DNA from: Iphione sp. A-MEVVRFRX5
Taxonomy: Eukaryota
NCBI GenBank assembly: GCA_976226885.1
Contig: OZ320317.1
Location: 51,522,001 to 51,586,000, forward strand
DNA length: 64,000 nucleotides
Direction of reading: 5' to 3'
The notes under the pieces were generated by a model that worked only from the letters and a program-made list of their open reading frames with translations, was not told the DNA's origin and searched no databases. Made by a program: the position numbers and the translations under genes. Of the stretch, positions 12,786 through 25,301 are shown piece after piece. Numbering within the stretch: the first letter of the stretch is position 1; each line of letters begins with the position of its first letter.

Positions 12786-13098
12786 CTGTCGCCCGCCCCA
12801 GGGACGAACATGTCCGCCGCCACCCGCTGGAGACTGGCTGTCAAGTTAGAAATGCCGCCGGTAAAAGGAATCCTCTCCATGGCGGCCATCAGCTGCAGGC
12901 GATCGAAGTAAGTGTTCAGATGGATCTCCACCCGTCCATCACCAGTTATCGAGGCCACGCCCACCCGCGTCTTGTCCATCGCCACCTGCAGGCTGGCCAC
13001 CAGGTCGCGCATGAAGACTTTGACTTCGTCAAACTGCTGCCGGGTGGTGCTGTCCGAGTTGTCCAGCAGGAAGACGAGGTCAGCTTCGCCATCACAAC
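12786..13098 (-). CDS. Exon 3: N-terminal half of vWA domain 1 (313 nt, phase 1-2)
   Basis: ctcatag|GT TGT GAT GGC...GGC GAC AG|gtaag; CDGEADLVFLLDNSDSTTRQQFDEVKVFMRDLV...RIPFTGGISNLTASL...GAGDR. Confidence 0.92.
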
Positions 13099-13199
13099 CT
13101 ATGAGCAGACAAACCAAGAGATTACTTGAACAGTTAGCAGCCGGCCCATCTGGTTCATATCATATGTGTACGATCGCGTAGAATTTGCCCTCGAACTAT

Positions 13200-14015
13200 A
13201 GTTTCCTTTAAACAGACAATAATATGGCACACTGAATTTCAGGCTGGATCATACATCAATGAGCTACAACATACTGTGAACCAGGTAGTGGTTTGGTGTG
13301 AACAAAATAGATTAATTCTGAATTATGATAATGTAAAATAATGACATTTGGGAAAGCAAGACATATGAGCTAGATGTCAAGTTAGGGAAGGTGAAATCGG
13401 AGCAGGTTCAGACGTTTGAATTTTTGCGACTGCTCCTGTATGAAAGGTTGAGTTTTGTGGATATGGTAGACCAGGAAATTGCTAAATTTCATTATGTATC
13501 ATATCTATTAAGAAGGGGTAGTTACTTGTTTGATTAATCAATGAAAAAGCGTTTATTTGTGGCATTTGCAACGCCAAACATCGATTATGCCCTGGCGTAT
13601 CTGATAGGCGCTCGAAAGCTGCTCTATAGGTTGGCTGGAAGCAGCCTGGTATAATGAGCCTGTACGCTGTGGTTTAATGACAAACTGGGTAGATAGAAAT
13701 TTTATACAGGAGTGGTTAATCAGTCAAAGATGAGGGATTGGGAAGATAGACTAGTATATCACTGCTCATGCTGATTGCTGTCTTCTATAATTTGTGTGTC
13801 TGCTTACCTAGGGCGTCCTCACCTACTAGTAAAGGTGGTCAGCAGATGGATGTTGTACGGTCAAGGAAGAATGTGTATGCAAAGAGTTTGATCGTGCAAG
13901 GCATCAAAAGATGGAATGATTTGCCTAATTATGTTGTCAACCAGAATTATAAAGGCATCATGTGTTATCTCAAGAAAATAATTCGCGTTCGAGCAGCCTA
14001 GTTGAATAAAGTGAT
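13200..14015 (+). mobile_element. Decayed non-LTR retrotransposon (CR1/L2-group) RT C-terminal fragment, antisense in intron 2
   Basis: Frameshifted and stop-ridden translation shows L*TDN (decayed YADD, ~13206), ELQHTVNQVVVWCEQNRLILNYD (W...N.L.LN..K), VQTFEFLRLLLYERLSF (F.YLG....LSF) and SLIVQGIKRWNDLP (13912-13926), followed by aataaa near 14005. Confidence 0.75.
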
Positions 14016-15274
14016 TGTCCGGCTGACGGACTAATGAGCATTTAAGTCAAGTATCTTGGCAAGTGTACATTATAATTTGGCCTCTCAGCGGATACCTCAG
14101 TTAGAGGGAATTCGTACAGTCCTGTTGCATTACCTCTTACCAAGGTATCGCATATACGTACACGGTACATGTATATAACTATCATATTTCTGGGCAGGCA
14201 AAACCTTTGTGTTCGAGGCAAGGTGTTTTCGACGTAAAGATGGGCAAGAGGCATCGGATGTGCTCACCAAACATATCTCTTTACGGTCTGTGAGCGACGA
14301 AAGCTCTCAATAGTTTTATATGCCGTTCAAAACCGAACGTGCCTTTGAATATTTTATCAGTGTTGAACAGAGTATTAAAAATTTCAATAATTCACATCAT
14401 ACTTTGGTGTCGTTTCCTTTCATCTTATGTACAAAATAACGTGCTGCTAAGAAATATGCAACAAATATAGAAATTCATTGTCGCATTACTGTTGAAACTA
14501 CCAAACCAAAAAGTTGTTTTCAAAGAGACACGCATACATGTATGTTTATAGCCAACAATGAAAGCATTTCCCTTGAAAACATTTACAGTGTAAAATCCTT
14601 CCTGGCTAAATGTAACGTGTGTTATTCTTGATAAATAATTTGGTATTGGAAAAGGTACTTTAAATACAAAAGCCAGGTTTCAGGGATAAAGTAGCTTGTG
14701 AGACTAATCAATGCTTTGTCCAACTGACATGAGCCATTCTAGATTTCTTACACTAACCAATTTACAGGCAAGCGCCTAATATCATGATTATTTAATCATT
14801 ATTATTTATTCGTCATATGTGTCCCTGGATAATGTCGATGAGATGTATATCTCTGGTTCGTATTGTGATTGTAAGACGTAAATAAAGTACGGACCCATCG
14901 GGAGCCAAGATATGCTATGAACATAAATTATACCCTCTACTCTTGGAGGCCAAAAAAAGGAAATCAAAAGATAAGTGTTTATTCGTTCTGTGGAAACAAA
15001 CCTTAGGAGTGGTTGGCAAGAGTTCAAGACAGCTCGAAGCTCCGCCGGCTGTGAAGAAAATTTACTTGTGCATCTAGACATAGCAGTAACTATGATCTCA
15101 AGTACTGTGCATCTATACTACTTGGTGTTACAAAGAACATTCCAGTTCAACTTGTATCACTTCGGAGAGAAAATACTTATATACCAACTTGCCAGGCACG
15201 TATGAAAGTTTTTTTTAACATCGAGCATTCATTCTGCTCTAACAATGGAAAATACAATGTACGGAATAGAAAAG

Positions 15275-15302
15275 CATACATACATACATACATACATACA
15301 TA
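15275..15302. repeat. (CATA)7 microsatellite
   Basis: Direct reading. Confidence 0.9.
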
Positions 15303-15594
15303 CACCTATATATTTAGTTATTCTATCACACATATAAACCGTATTTATGCTAAGTAAAACACACAATCATGCATTGTTATGCGTAATGTTTAACGCTCAT
15401 TTTTGTGAAGACATTAATAATCCGTGCTGCCAATTTGTCGGGATCGAGGGGGAAGAGTCGATTCCTTCTCGGTCGCTAAAAGCCATACATACTTTATCAC
15501 TATTAATACTGGGTGCGTGGTGAGAAAATGACAAGAAACAAATGCGTGTTGTGGACTGAGGTAGCTAAGGTGCAGTACTCTCTACACCTCTCAC

Positions 15595-16059
15595 CAAGGT
15601 ACTTTGGCGTAGGAACCACTGCATGTGTGAACGGCACTGTCGTCAGCGATTCTTTCGTTACTGATGCCTTTGTGACTGCGTCCGAGCCAGAGTAAGCAAC
15701 GGATCCAGCCGTGGCCCAGTCATTAGTAGTTGAAATCGACTGGCCAGAGAACTGTTCCTCAATAAGTGGACTGGAACTACGCGAGGTTTGAGTATCGCCC
15801 ACCACGGTTTCGCCTCTGGTTATTGAGGTGGGATTGTCAATTATTGGCGAAGTAGAGTCAATTATAATACCCTGCTCTGCACTGGAAGTGTCCAGCAAAG
15901 TTTCGGGTGGTGAGGATAGCGTAGCCAAAACTGGCGATGTTTGGTCCTGTGATGTTGCTACTGACGTAGAATCCGTGCTGCCATCTGGTAGGAATGAATT
16001 GTTCTTGCTCTGAGTGCTGGTGGTACCAGCTTCCCCGTCATCTGCATTCGTTGAAAGGT
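15595..16059 (-). CDS. Exon 2: Ser/Thr/Pro-rich mucin-like spacer (465 nt from acceptor 16059, or 447 nt from acceptor 16041; phase 1-1)
   Basis: Open S/T-rich frame (STNADDGEAGTTSTQS...TTVPFTHAVVPTPKYL) ending CTT G|gtgaga, in phase with exon 3; the 5' boundary is ambiguous between gaaaag| and atgcag|. Confidence 0.8.
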
Positions 16060-16215
16060 CTTTTCCCGGTAGAAGCAGGGGTAGATATGCGTCAGTATAC
16101 AGAGTGGGCAATTAGTATTAACCACATTTACATGTATTTTCTAATGGCTTCTCTAGAAATTCCTGTCTATTAAGGATGTGATGGCGAAGTTCGTCTGATC
16201 CATAGTAATACTTAC

Positions 16216-16239
16216 ATGGTCCTGTCAAAATTAATTGCG
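16216..16239 (-). CDS. Candidate 24-nt symmetric mini-exon between the signal-peptide and mucin exons (not counted among the 14 exons)
   Basis: tttttttctctctcaag|CG CAA TTA ATT TTG ACA GGA CCA T|gtaagt: strong pyrimidine tract, consensus donor, phase 1-1, no stop. Confidence 0.45.
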
Positions 16240-16830
16240 CTTGAGAGAGAAAAAAATTACTTGTTCACATTCACAAATGAATCGCTCCGTACGAAAAATA
16301 TCTGTGCCATAGCCAGATACAAATATGAACTGAAAATGAATGTTTTAGATGGTGACAAACCAGTACACAGAGCCTCACCATGTTAACAAGAGTGCGCGCG
16401 TGCGCATACAAGTATTTAGACAGGACCGATGCCTTACCTGTTTTTGTTCAGTTTTTAGAGCATCACAAATTCTGCAATAAAGGATCTGACAACTGACACA
16501 TGTTAGTTTTGTACATCTTTGATAAGGATCGGTTCAGTATTGTCATCCTTTGAATATAATAGACGAGATTATTTTGTCGGTGCACTGTTAATAGCCGTAT
16601 CAGGAACTTTTAACCTCAATGTACATGTATTCTTTTATGTTTGATGACGAAGAATGGCACAAACCAGACTGTCAGTTTTCTTGATTTTGTTTCATACAAG
16701 TTGACGATTAAATAAGATTTTAAACAGTATCGATAACAGAGGTTTCTTAGTTTGAGGGCATTTTCATGTGTCATTTCCATTGGGGCAATAGTCTGTGCCT
16801 AAACCTATATTAATAAACTTATAATCATAC

Positions 16831-16903
16831 CTTGTATCATTTGAGTCTCAACAGTTGAGATCAATGACAAAGCCGCCGCAGTTACTGCCCACAAGATCAA
16901 CAT
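16831..16903 (-). CDS. Exon 1 (first coding): signal peptide MLILWAVTAAALSLISTVETQMIQ (73 nt, ends in phase 1); absent from the ORF track
   Basis: ttctttttcag|ATG TTG ATC TTG TGG...ATA CAA G|gtatga; hydrophobic core with a plausible V-E-T cleavage site; phase matches exon 2. Confidence 0.8.
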
Positions 16904-18446
16904 CTGAAAAAGAAACATACAGAGAAAGTTACACTTGATCCTCATGAACTGGATTCATAATAAAATTGACCTATAGATGATTAAGTCAGCCTTCTAGAAA
17001 GTCAGCTTATAACTGTAACTTGCTGTGCGTCTACCTTAACTACCCTGAGCCCTAGCTACATTGTCAGTCCTTTCGACGTCATCTCAGACATGCCATTTCA
17101 TCTGATTTTACTTCACAGCAGTCAGCTAACCTCAGAGAGAAATTGATCGTATCCGCGCGCCCCCACCTTAGTGCACCCACAAAATCATTACTATCACATG
17201 AGGGCATCTGCAGGATTGAGTACAATTGCATCCATCTGTGTGAGAGGCACTGGGCTACTAGTTCCAAACGCATTTTGTTGAACTACTGAACTATTTGCTA
17301 AGTTGTCAACATCTTGATCCGAAAGCTTGGCCCTGTCCACTGAAAACAGAGCCTTTTTTGAGCCCATGCCGCAAATTTGGTTAATAGCATGGCCTTAGAC
17401 AGTTGAACCGCAGGACTGGGGACATTCAGGAGAGGGGACATCTTTAAGCCTAGGGATGCTGTTAGCTGGCACGGCACTATATTTTCGTTGTGCATCAAAC
17501 CAACTACGATGGGGGACACCCTTCAAATGGGGACACTCTCAGTGGGAAGCAAAGGTGTTCCAAGTTTCCAGATTCCTCTGTATAACATATATCGGGCCAT
17601 GTGCACCCGCGTTCATGTAACTTTGGGATTGGTGTCATCAGGGGCTCTCTGAAAGAGTCCCTCTGTTTTTAATTCAGACGCAGTTTTTTTGTATAAATGA
17701 CTCAAGGAAATAAAGTTTATATACCGTATGTGTATTTCTAGTTACAATGATATAATTAGTGTGACATGTTTGTTTTCCTACTCCGTGTAGTCATAGGGCT
17801 ACCCTAGATGTACTAAAGAAGGCACTCATGTAATAACTGTTTCCATTGTTTTTGCCCTGGTCATATGTGACCCTAAGTTGTGGACATTTGATCATACAGT
17901 TTCATAAATGTGTAATTAATAATATTTCAGGTTTACCATAACAACTGTATCCATCGGCGGGACACTACTTTACACAGTGCTGCTATAGGTCAGAAAGTCA
18001 CGTTTAAAATATGTTATATCAGCTGCCTGCCTTCTTAACGGAGACATCTAAAAGTGTATTTGCCATGAGCATGCGATCCTCACATCTGGTGTCTACAAAA
18101 CCATGCACCTGTGTAGATGTAAGTCAGTATCCTCAAACTTCAGGTCAGAATCACCTGTGATATGTTATTTGTACAAAGTTACCCTTGCATGTAGGTCTGA
18201 AGAACCCAATTCATGTTATTTTCATTGTTTTTACTGATTTATAATCAAACTTTTTTTCACAACTTCAGTCAAAAAATTTGCAAGTCATCTTGTTATTTGC
18301 TCACATCATGTTCATATATGGTACGTCATGTCTAGTGCGTTGCAAACCTACATTAATGTACTTGGAATGAATTCCAACCAGCTCTGCGGCCAAACGCTAA
18401 ATTGTCCCATCCATTAACCAGAGAGAATGTGTGGCCCTACCCTCAC

Positions 18447-18486
18447 CTATGGCGCCAGCTCTCCTGCTCCAAGACGTCACAATAAC
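18447..18486 (-). other. Candidate 40-nt non-coding 5'UTR exon
   Basis: caccttacag|GTTATTGTGACG...GGCGCCATAG|gtgagg; splice-site match only, no expression evidence. Confidence 0.25.
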
Positions 18487-20992
18487 CTGTAAGGTGTTTC
18501 CAGGCACAAAACATCACCAAGCGTAATGGCAGGTACTGTTTGCTTGTGGTCTTAACCTTTGTTGAATTGCCAGGTTAGGTATGAAGCAAGTGATATGCCA
18601 GAATATGACTCTTATAAAGGACGTGGCTCATACTGAGAGGTACAGTGGGGAAAATGGTAGCATTTGATGATTTAAAGATGCTTGGTTCCATGACGCTAAA
18701 TCAAATGTATAGGGCTATCGGCAGGTAATGCTATAGTTCATATTTATTATTTTATAAATCACATAATATGCACTTGCAAATTTTATCATACTCTGCATAT
18801 ATATGTATGTACATGTATTTATCAAATTATATTATACATGTGCCGATATATATTTATCTTACAGACTATGTAGGCACAATAATTATACTTCGTGACTATA
18901 AATGTATGACCGCAATGGCTCTTGTTCGGCTGTGCATCAAACGATCATGTCGTTATAATAGATTGCTAGAAAAGAAATGGAAGCACTTTCTGTGCGATAC
19001 TGATTATTAAAGCACGGCTGCCGACTCTAACGCTCTATGAGCCTATTTAGCAAAGTGTGGCAATATCGCACATATTAGGGGCCTATACTGGCACCTGTGA
19101 ATATTATAGATTATAGATAATTTTACAGAGGCGCGCGCCCATACGCAGCAGTCACTCGGCCGTCTTCCTTAGATCCTTGGCTTTAATTTGATATGAATTA
19201 TATTGAAATCAGACAACTAGAAGTGGGTGGTTTTTGCCTGGTATGTTCAGTGGTCACTTGGCCGTCACTCGGCCGTCACTGGCAGTAAAGCCGTGACTTT
19301 AAGTGAGATACAGCCCTTGTAGAGCATGTACTTGATATATTACTGTATAATCTACTCGGCTGCGCCTCGAAGATTATACAGTAATATATCACGTACAGTG
19401 CTCTACTCGTGCTGTATCTATCACATATCCACTCAAAGCAGTACATATACAGATGAGGTGGGATACTCAAGAGGAATGCTACTGGGCAGATAGTAAAGGC
19501 CTAACGGTATAGGCTTATGGTATTAAGATAAACGTAATGCACCGCCGTTCTTAACTGGTGACCCCGAAACTAATTGAATCATAATCTATTAAATGAAACC
19601 AAGACAAGGACTGACTAGTGAAGAAAAATTGTTCTGACATATTTCCCTCTTTATAGATGAATTGCTCCGTGCTTTTCAGTTTGACCATCTCTTTGACACC
19701 ATCCCAAGGGACATATGACATGAGAGTTGTTTGTCATGTGGAGTACAGGACGGATGACTTCTAGTAGTGTCTACCGATGCTTGGTGTGTGATGTGAAGCA
19801 TGTACTAACATGGTCCGTGGTTACTATACACAACAAACATTATTCTCATGCGTATATTAACGGATCTTCCACATAGCTTTCATATCTGCACAGTTTCCCC
19901 TATCATTGATCCAAATTTGCTACCAGAGTTTAAGAACATATTATACATAAACACGTTCCTCTCGATTATGTTGATATTGAAATGTTCGTCATCTATCTTA
20001 ATAGCACCAATGCACATTCCATAACGCAAGTCTCTTGATTTATTACATGTCACCAAACAGAGTGCAGCGTTCCTCAATGCGGGGGCTGTGGAGGGAGGGC
20101 GAATCGTTTATGTTAGTAAACTAGAGAGAAGGAATGTAGTAGCCTGCCAACTACGCCATCCTTCGAGAACGTACCCTGGACAGCCATCCCGTGAATATTA
20201 CTGTTCTCCTTTGTTTTCGTACCTGGCAAAAGCCACACTCAAGACGAGTAGTCCCCAATTCTCTACGATTCAAAAGCGTTGGAGGGAATATAAAGCATCA
20301 TTCTTTATACAATTCCACCTGAGTTGATGGTGTCTTTTCTCAGGTGATGGCAAAGGTCTATGCTATTCCGTCGATGGCTGGACGTAAAACACATAAATAG
20401 GCCAATACATTCGATTATAAGTTCAGTGTAAGACTTAGCTCGGTATTTAGATGAGGAAACATGGCAGTAGCAACGACAGCCACGTAGGTATTGGGCAGCA
20501 ATCTGTTATGTAATGCCATCATCTTTTTATATTTCTTTTGGCGTCTAACAGAAAAAGGATATTCCATGTTAAGCGAGCTTTTGGAGTGAAAAGTGAATTA
20601 CAATATAGGGCTGACTCGCCTCTTTGTTTTCCGGTTGCAAGTCTATAGGTTGTACTCGGCTATCGTCTGGTTGAACATAGATCGTGAGCTGTTGGTTGAA
20701 GACTTCAAGAGTTTGAAAGAGCTACCTTACCGGGAGGCTATTCACTCCCGAGAGAACGTGATTTTATAAAATAGAAATCCTCAGCCATCTCACATTCTGT
20801 GGATACTCTTTTAGGCAAACACTGTCCACTGGTTTGTCGGCGCACGATAACATAACTTTGAAGTTCCAATGGAGAGAAGGTACTCGTACCCCACCCCACC
20901 CCACATTTCCGTCCCCTAAAAATGTCTCCTTGTGTTGAAGAAGAACCCTCGCCCTCACATTTTACAAACACATAGCCATACAAGAACATATA

Positions 20993-20994
<2 letters not shown>

Positions 20995-21065
<71 letters not shown>
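20995..21065. repeat. (CT)n microsatellite, ~71 bp with two interruptions
   Basis: Direct reading; source of the spurious ER-repeat ORFs. Confidence 0.95.
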
Positions 21066-24000
21066 CCAACATAAGACTGATATGATATCCTGTTCCGCAA
21101 TATGATACATGTAGCACCATACATTGATTTCGGTCTGCCCCACAGGTTAGAGTAAGATGAAGTTTTGAATCATTAATAATGCTAACTTGTTGTACCTCAA
21201 AATTTCAACGCGCTGGTACCTATGACAGCTTATTCCCAATGATCGGTCAACAGTACTAATTCGTGAAACATTTTCCTTACGAAAATTCTTTTCAACAGAA
21301 ACCTGTCCCCTGCAGTCATTTCTACCAGCATAATTGTCATTACGTGGTCGACCTAATGAATGATAATGATATGACCTGGGCTCAATCGGTACTCGAAGGA
21401 AGTAATTATGGTTTATCCATATATCTGGTCATGATTATATCACCCTTTTGTACAAAGAGGGATAAAATCACAAGACATTAATAAATTCTAACTAATAGGC
21501 AACACGATATTCTGAGTTGGAGGTGTCCTTTATTCATGGACGCATGAATGCAACATGACCTTACTAGCAAATTGCCCCCCCCCGGCTTCAATACCCTAAA
21601 TATTTTCTATTTAAAACTCAAATGAATCTTACATAGTAAGATTCAAGCTGAGAATCCAGATGTGTATGCATATCTAGATCGAGATTATTCATCTGTTTAA
21701 ACATCAATTGTAAAAGCATGTTTGAAGGGTTTTGAGGTGAGGCACCTTTTACAGCCGGTGTTATGTATCCACAACTATTGACCCTTGCTCTAGCTGAAAC
21801 CATAAAGTTACCATATTTATTCATATGCACAGGCTGAAATACCCATACTTACACATGATGAATGACAGCTCATGTCTTAAACGTCGAGTCTTTGTAAAGT
21901 GATCTATGATGAAGCACAGGCCATAAGAAGTGGCAAGGACACTGGGTTTTATTGGAATCTGCAAACGTTTAAGGTAAAAACAATTGGAATTCTCGGCGCT
22001 GAAATAGATGAGAATGCAGAAACATGGGAAGGGGATCGTTCATTTGTTCCACCCAGCGCTGTTTGCTAAACAGTTCTTCTTTCATCTCCAATTAATCAAT
22101 ACGAGCGTGACGTGATAATTATACGAATGTCCCGTAGATCATGCAGGTATTATCAATTACAAACCAAAGGTGACCTGGCCAATGTCACCAGTCATTATCA
22201 TTGATTTTTTCAGGTAAGGCAACGTCAGATATAAGTGATCATTAATGGCGGTCATCACTGGAGCCTGAATACGGTTGAGACCTATTTCTTTGTGTCAACT
22301 TCATATTGTAGCTCGTGTTATAATTTTGGAGGCAAAAGAGGTTTCCGAGGAGGAGAGAGGGCATAACATGGCCGACAGTGTTTAACTACTAACTGGTGCC
22401 GCTTTCGAGTCAATGGGATGAACGTGATTTCTTTGCAAATAATGTATTGCGATCACTGTCTGAATGGAACGGACAAAACGGGGACAAATACGTTGAGCAA
22501 GCGATAATATACATTCAAAGCATTTGATAAACGCGTTTCTCGTTTCTTCTTACAAATATATAATATTTGTATGTAATTGATTGTTGACAGAAAAGTAGCC
22601 GAGCCGTGGATTGACGTTCAGGTATGAAAATGGAAACGTCTGATTTCGTTTTGGTTTTAATTAAGGATAAGATAGTTGAATACATGGATGGCGCATTATT
22701 GAACATATACATAAACAAATGAAGTATCTTAAGAAAATAATAATCGACGATTTGTTACAGGAGCCCTTTTAACAGGAACCTCGATTTGTAGTTTGTGGGA
22801 GACGGAAATCTAGAGCGACGGATTGGTTTCTGGGAACTGACTTCAGGTGAAAGGGATAAAAAGGGATTGACAATAAATGTACATATGTTAGTATTTTGCA
22901 TCAGAGCTACTCTAGAGGGAAGGCAAGACAAAATACAAGACAAAGTCATTCTTAGCTTTCACTTTAGTTTATGAACATCTTAACTTGTTTTACCCAACCT
23001 CTATGAAGAGTGGGGAACCCTAGGAATGCTGCTCTCTGGCCACCCAACCCTCTATCATAGTCTTGTGGGCCTATCTCTTTCTAAACTATTGCATCAGATG
23101 CTCTGATTCTCACATATGGTGTTTCTCTATATGAATACTTAACACTGGCTTATTTTTGTATTTGTCCGAGTAATTGAAAGGTTAAATGTATGTGCCCTAA
23201 TATGTGGTAACACACACAGATGCACACACATGCACACACAAAGCCATGCCTGCAGTTTATAGATTTCAAGCATGATGTTATGTTAAAGTCTACTCACCCA
23301 TGCAGAACCAGTTAGTTCTACTTGATTGAATGGCTGGTCGCAGGCAATAAACCTCACAGGCCCCCTTCCTTGATCACATTTACTTCAACAAATATCAAAA
23401 TATATAAGGTAAAATAGCCTAATGACACTCCCTTTTACTACCAAATTTATCAAACGTGCTGTGAGTGATCTATAGTTTTCTTTAACAAAGATAAATTCAC
23501 CAAAGTGGTCTGGTCTAAATTCCCATACCAGGAGTGATGTCATGTCCTAGGGCTCTTCATTTAATATATTTGTATATGTCTTGTCTGTTTCTTCAGCTGT
23601 CATCTTCAGAATGACTTAGTGCCAAGAGTTCATAGGATAGAATATTTTATCTATATTTTTAGAACCGTAGGTTTCTCATTGTGGAGTTATAAGGGCCAGA
23701 GGTTCTGGACAGACGCTCGGACACACAGAGGGAAATTATTGTTGCAACCATTCCTAATGATCTCCCTCCTCTCATCTGGGCACAATGACCAGTCCCTGGT
23801 TCTAGTGTACCTACATAAAACAGGGACAAGCTGACTGTCCTTTAGGTATAGACTACACCAAAAGAACATGACTGGGTATCATGGACGTAAATGAGATTTA
23901 TGTTCCTTTTTTATGTGACATCTGATATCTACATATAACTGATCAAGACGGTCTGGTATTTACAAGCCCGGTTGGGCATTAATGTACCCTGATGTTTATA

Positions 24001-24148
24001 TCCTGTTAGGCAGGAAGACGATTTGTGAAGATTCTTTTGTGTAGAATCGAGTCATTTTTTCCCATGGAAAGGTAATTGCATTAATATTCCTAAGATTATT
24101 GTTGAAAACAATCTTAAGTTTGTCTTATGACATCAGTGCGCCCCTCAA

Positions 24149-24188
24149 CCTGATCCATCGCCTGATATCCTGATCCATGGCCTGATAC
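24149..24188. repeat. 20-bp tandem duplication
   Basis: cctgatccatcgcctgatat followed by cctgatccatggcctgatac. Confidence 0.75.
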
Positions 24189-24953
24189 ATAATAAAACGT
24201 AAATTGGGTATAAACTGATGCAAATATTTCTTATGTTAATCTATGAGTCGCCTTTGTCACATTTCTCACGAAGCCGGTTAGGTGCAGGTATGTCAAACAC
24301 GAGCATCCACTAAGGTTTCTTCATCCGGACACCATTATTAGGTATGCTCCGGAATTTGGTAGGAACAACCTGTAACCAATTAACTCAATAACTTTATCCC
24401 CCTATCTCTCTTTTGAGAGTAACCCTTGAGATTCTGCTAGATAAGCAGGAGTTTACTGAATACAATAAGAGGGTTACTTTTCCCTGGTGGTATGCTGCAA
24501 GTATGAACTTGTCCTATGTCCAGGATGGTGTTGCATTTTAAGGATGTCCCCGTATAAGTATTCCTAAGTCCTGAAACTTTCAAGTACATGAAATCAAGAG
24601 AAGATTGCCCCATGATGGCCCGTTGATGACGTGTCCCCTGGCTGTGGGTTTTCCAGTATGGAGGTTATACTGCACGCGTATGTATATTTAGACATTTATG
24701 TATGTAGATATAAATTTATGGTTGAAACATCACGAAAACCTCGCCTTTCAATATACAGTGGATTCCCTACGTTTTTAACCGTCTTTACATGTAATCTCCC
24801 AATCGGTGATTCTGACTGCAGTAACGAAATTTATACCTATGTGCTGGGGTACACCACGTCGAACAGTCTGAGACCTGAGATGGATATTGGTTGCGACAAT
24901 GCTTGGTACTAATCACAGTAAGTCGTAAATACAGACTGCTGGGAAAATAGGTT

Positions 24954-25301
24954 TAGGCCCCCCCCCCAAAAAAAAACAAAATAGGTGTGTTTCTGGTAAC
25001 CCATCCCTACCCAGTAAAACCTCACACTACCTAAAACGTTTTTGGCCCCAAAGAGTTTCCAAGGCTGAATTTTCTTAGATATGTGTTTTCACGACACATA
25101 TTTTTGGTAAATTCAGTAGAAAAAACAATATCCATGGAAATTCATCCCAAAACAGATTGGTCAAAATTCTTGATATTGTCTTTATTATTATTGAAAACCA
25201 GATGAAGAAACTGGAAAACAAATCTTAAAAATCAGCTACCCCCTCCCTTCCTGAAGTTTTTGGCTGGTCGTTACCAGAAACACACCTTTTTTTTTGCCTT
25301 A
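24954..25301. mobile_element. Non-autonomous TIR element (~350 bp), superfamily not assigned
   Basis: Perfect 18-bp inverted repeat aggtgtgtttctggtaac (24983-25000) / gttaccagaaacacacct (25270-25287), flanked outward by A-rich/T-rich runs and taggc.../...gcctta termini. Confidence 0.6.

Noticed and set aside
16438-16471. Strong donor CAG|gtaagg at 16438 with a 34-nt candidate exon and a Cys-rich open frame (CVSCQILYCRIC)
   Set aside because: In phase 1 it hits a stop (GAA TTT GTG ATG CTC TAA); the only open frame ends in phase 0 and no acceptor makes it compatible with the neighbouring exons. At most a poison exon.
20738-21143. ORFs with long ER/RE repeats
   Set aside because: Translation of the (CT)n microsatellite.
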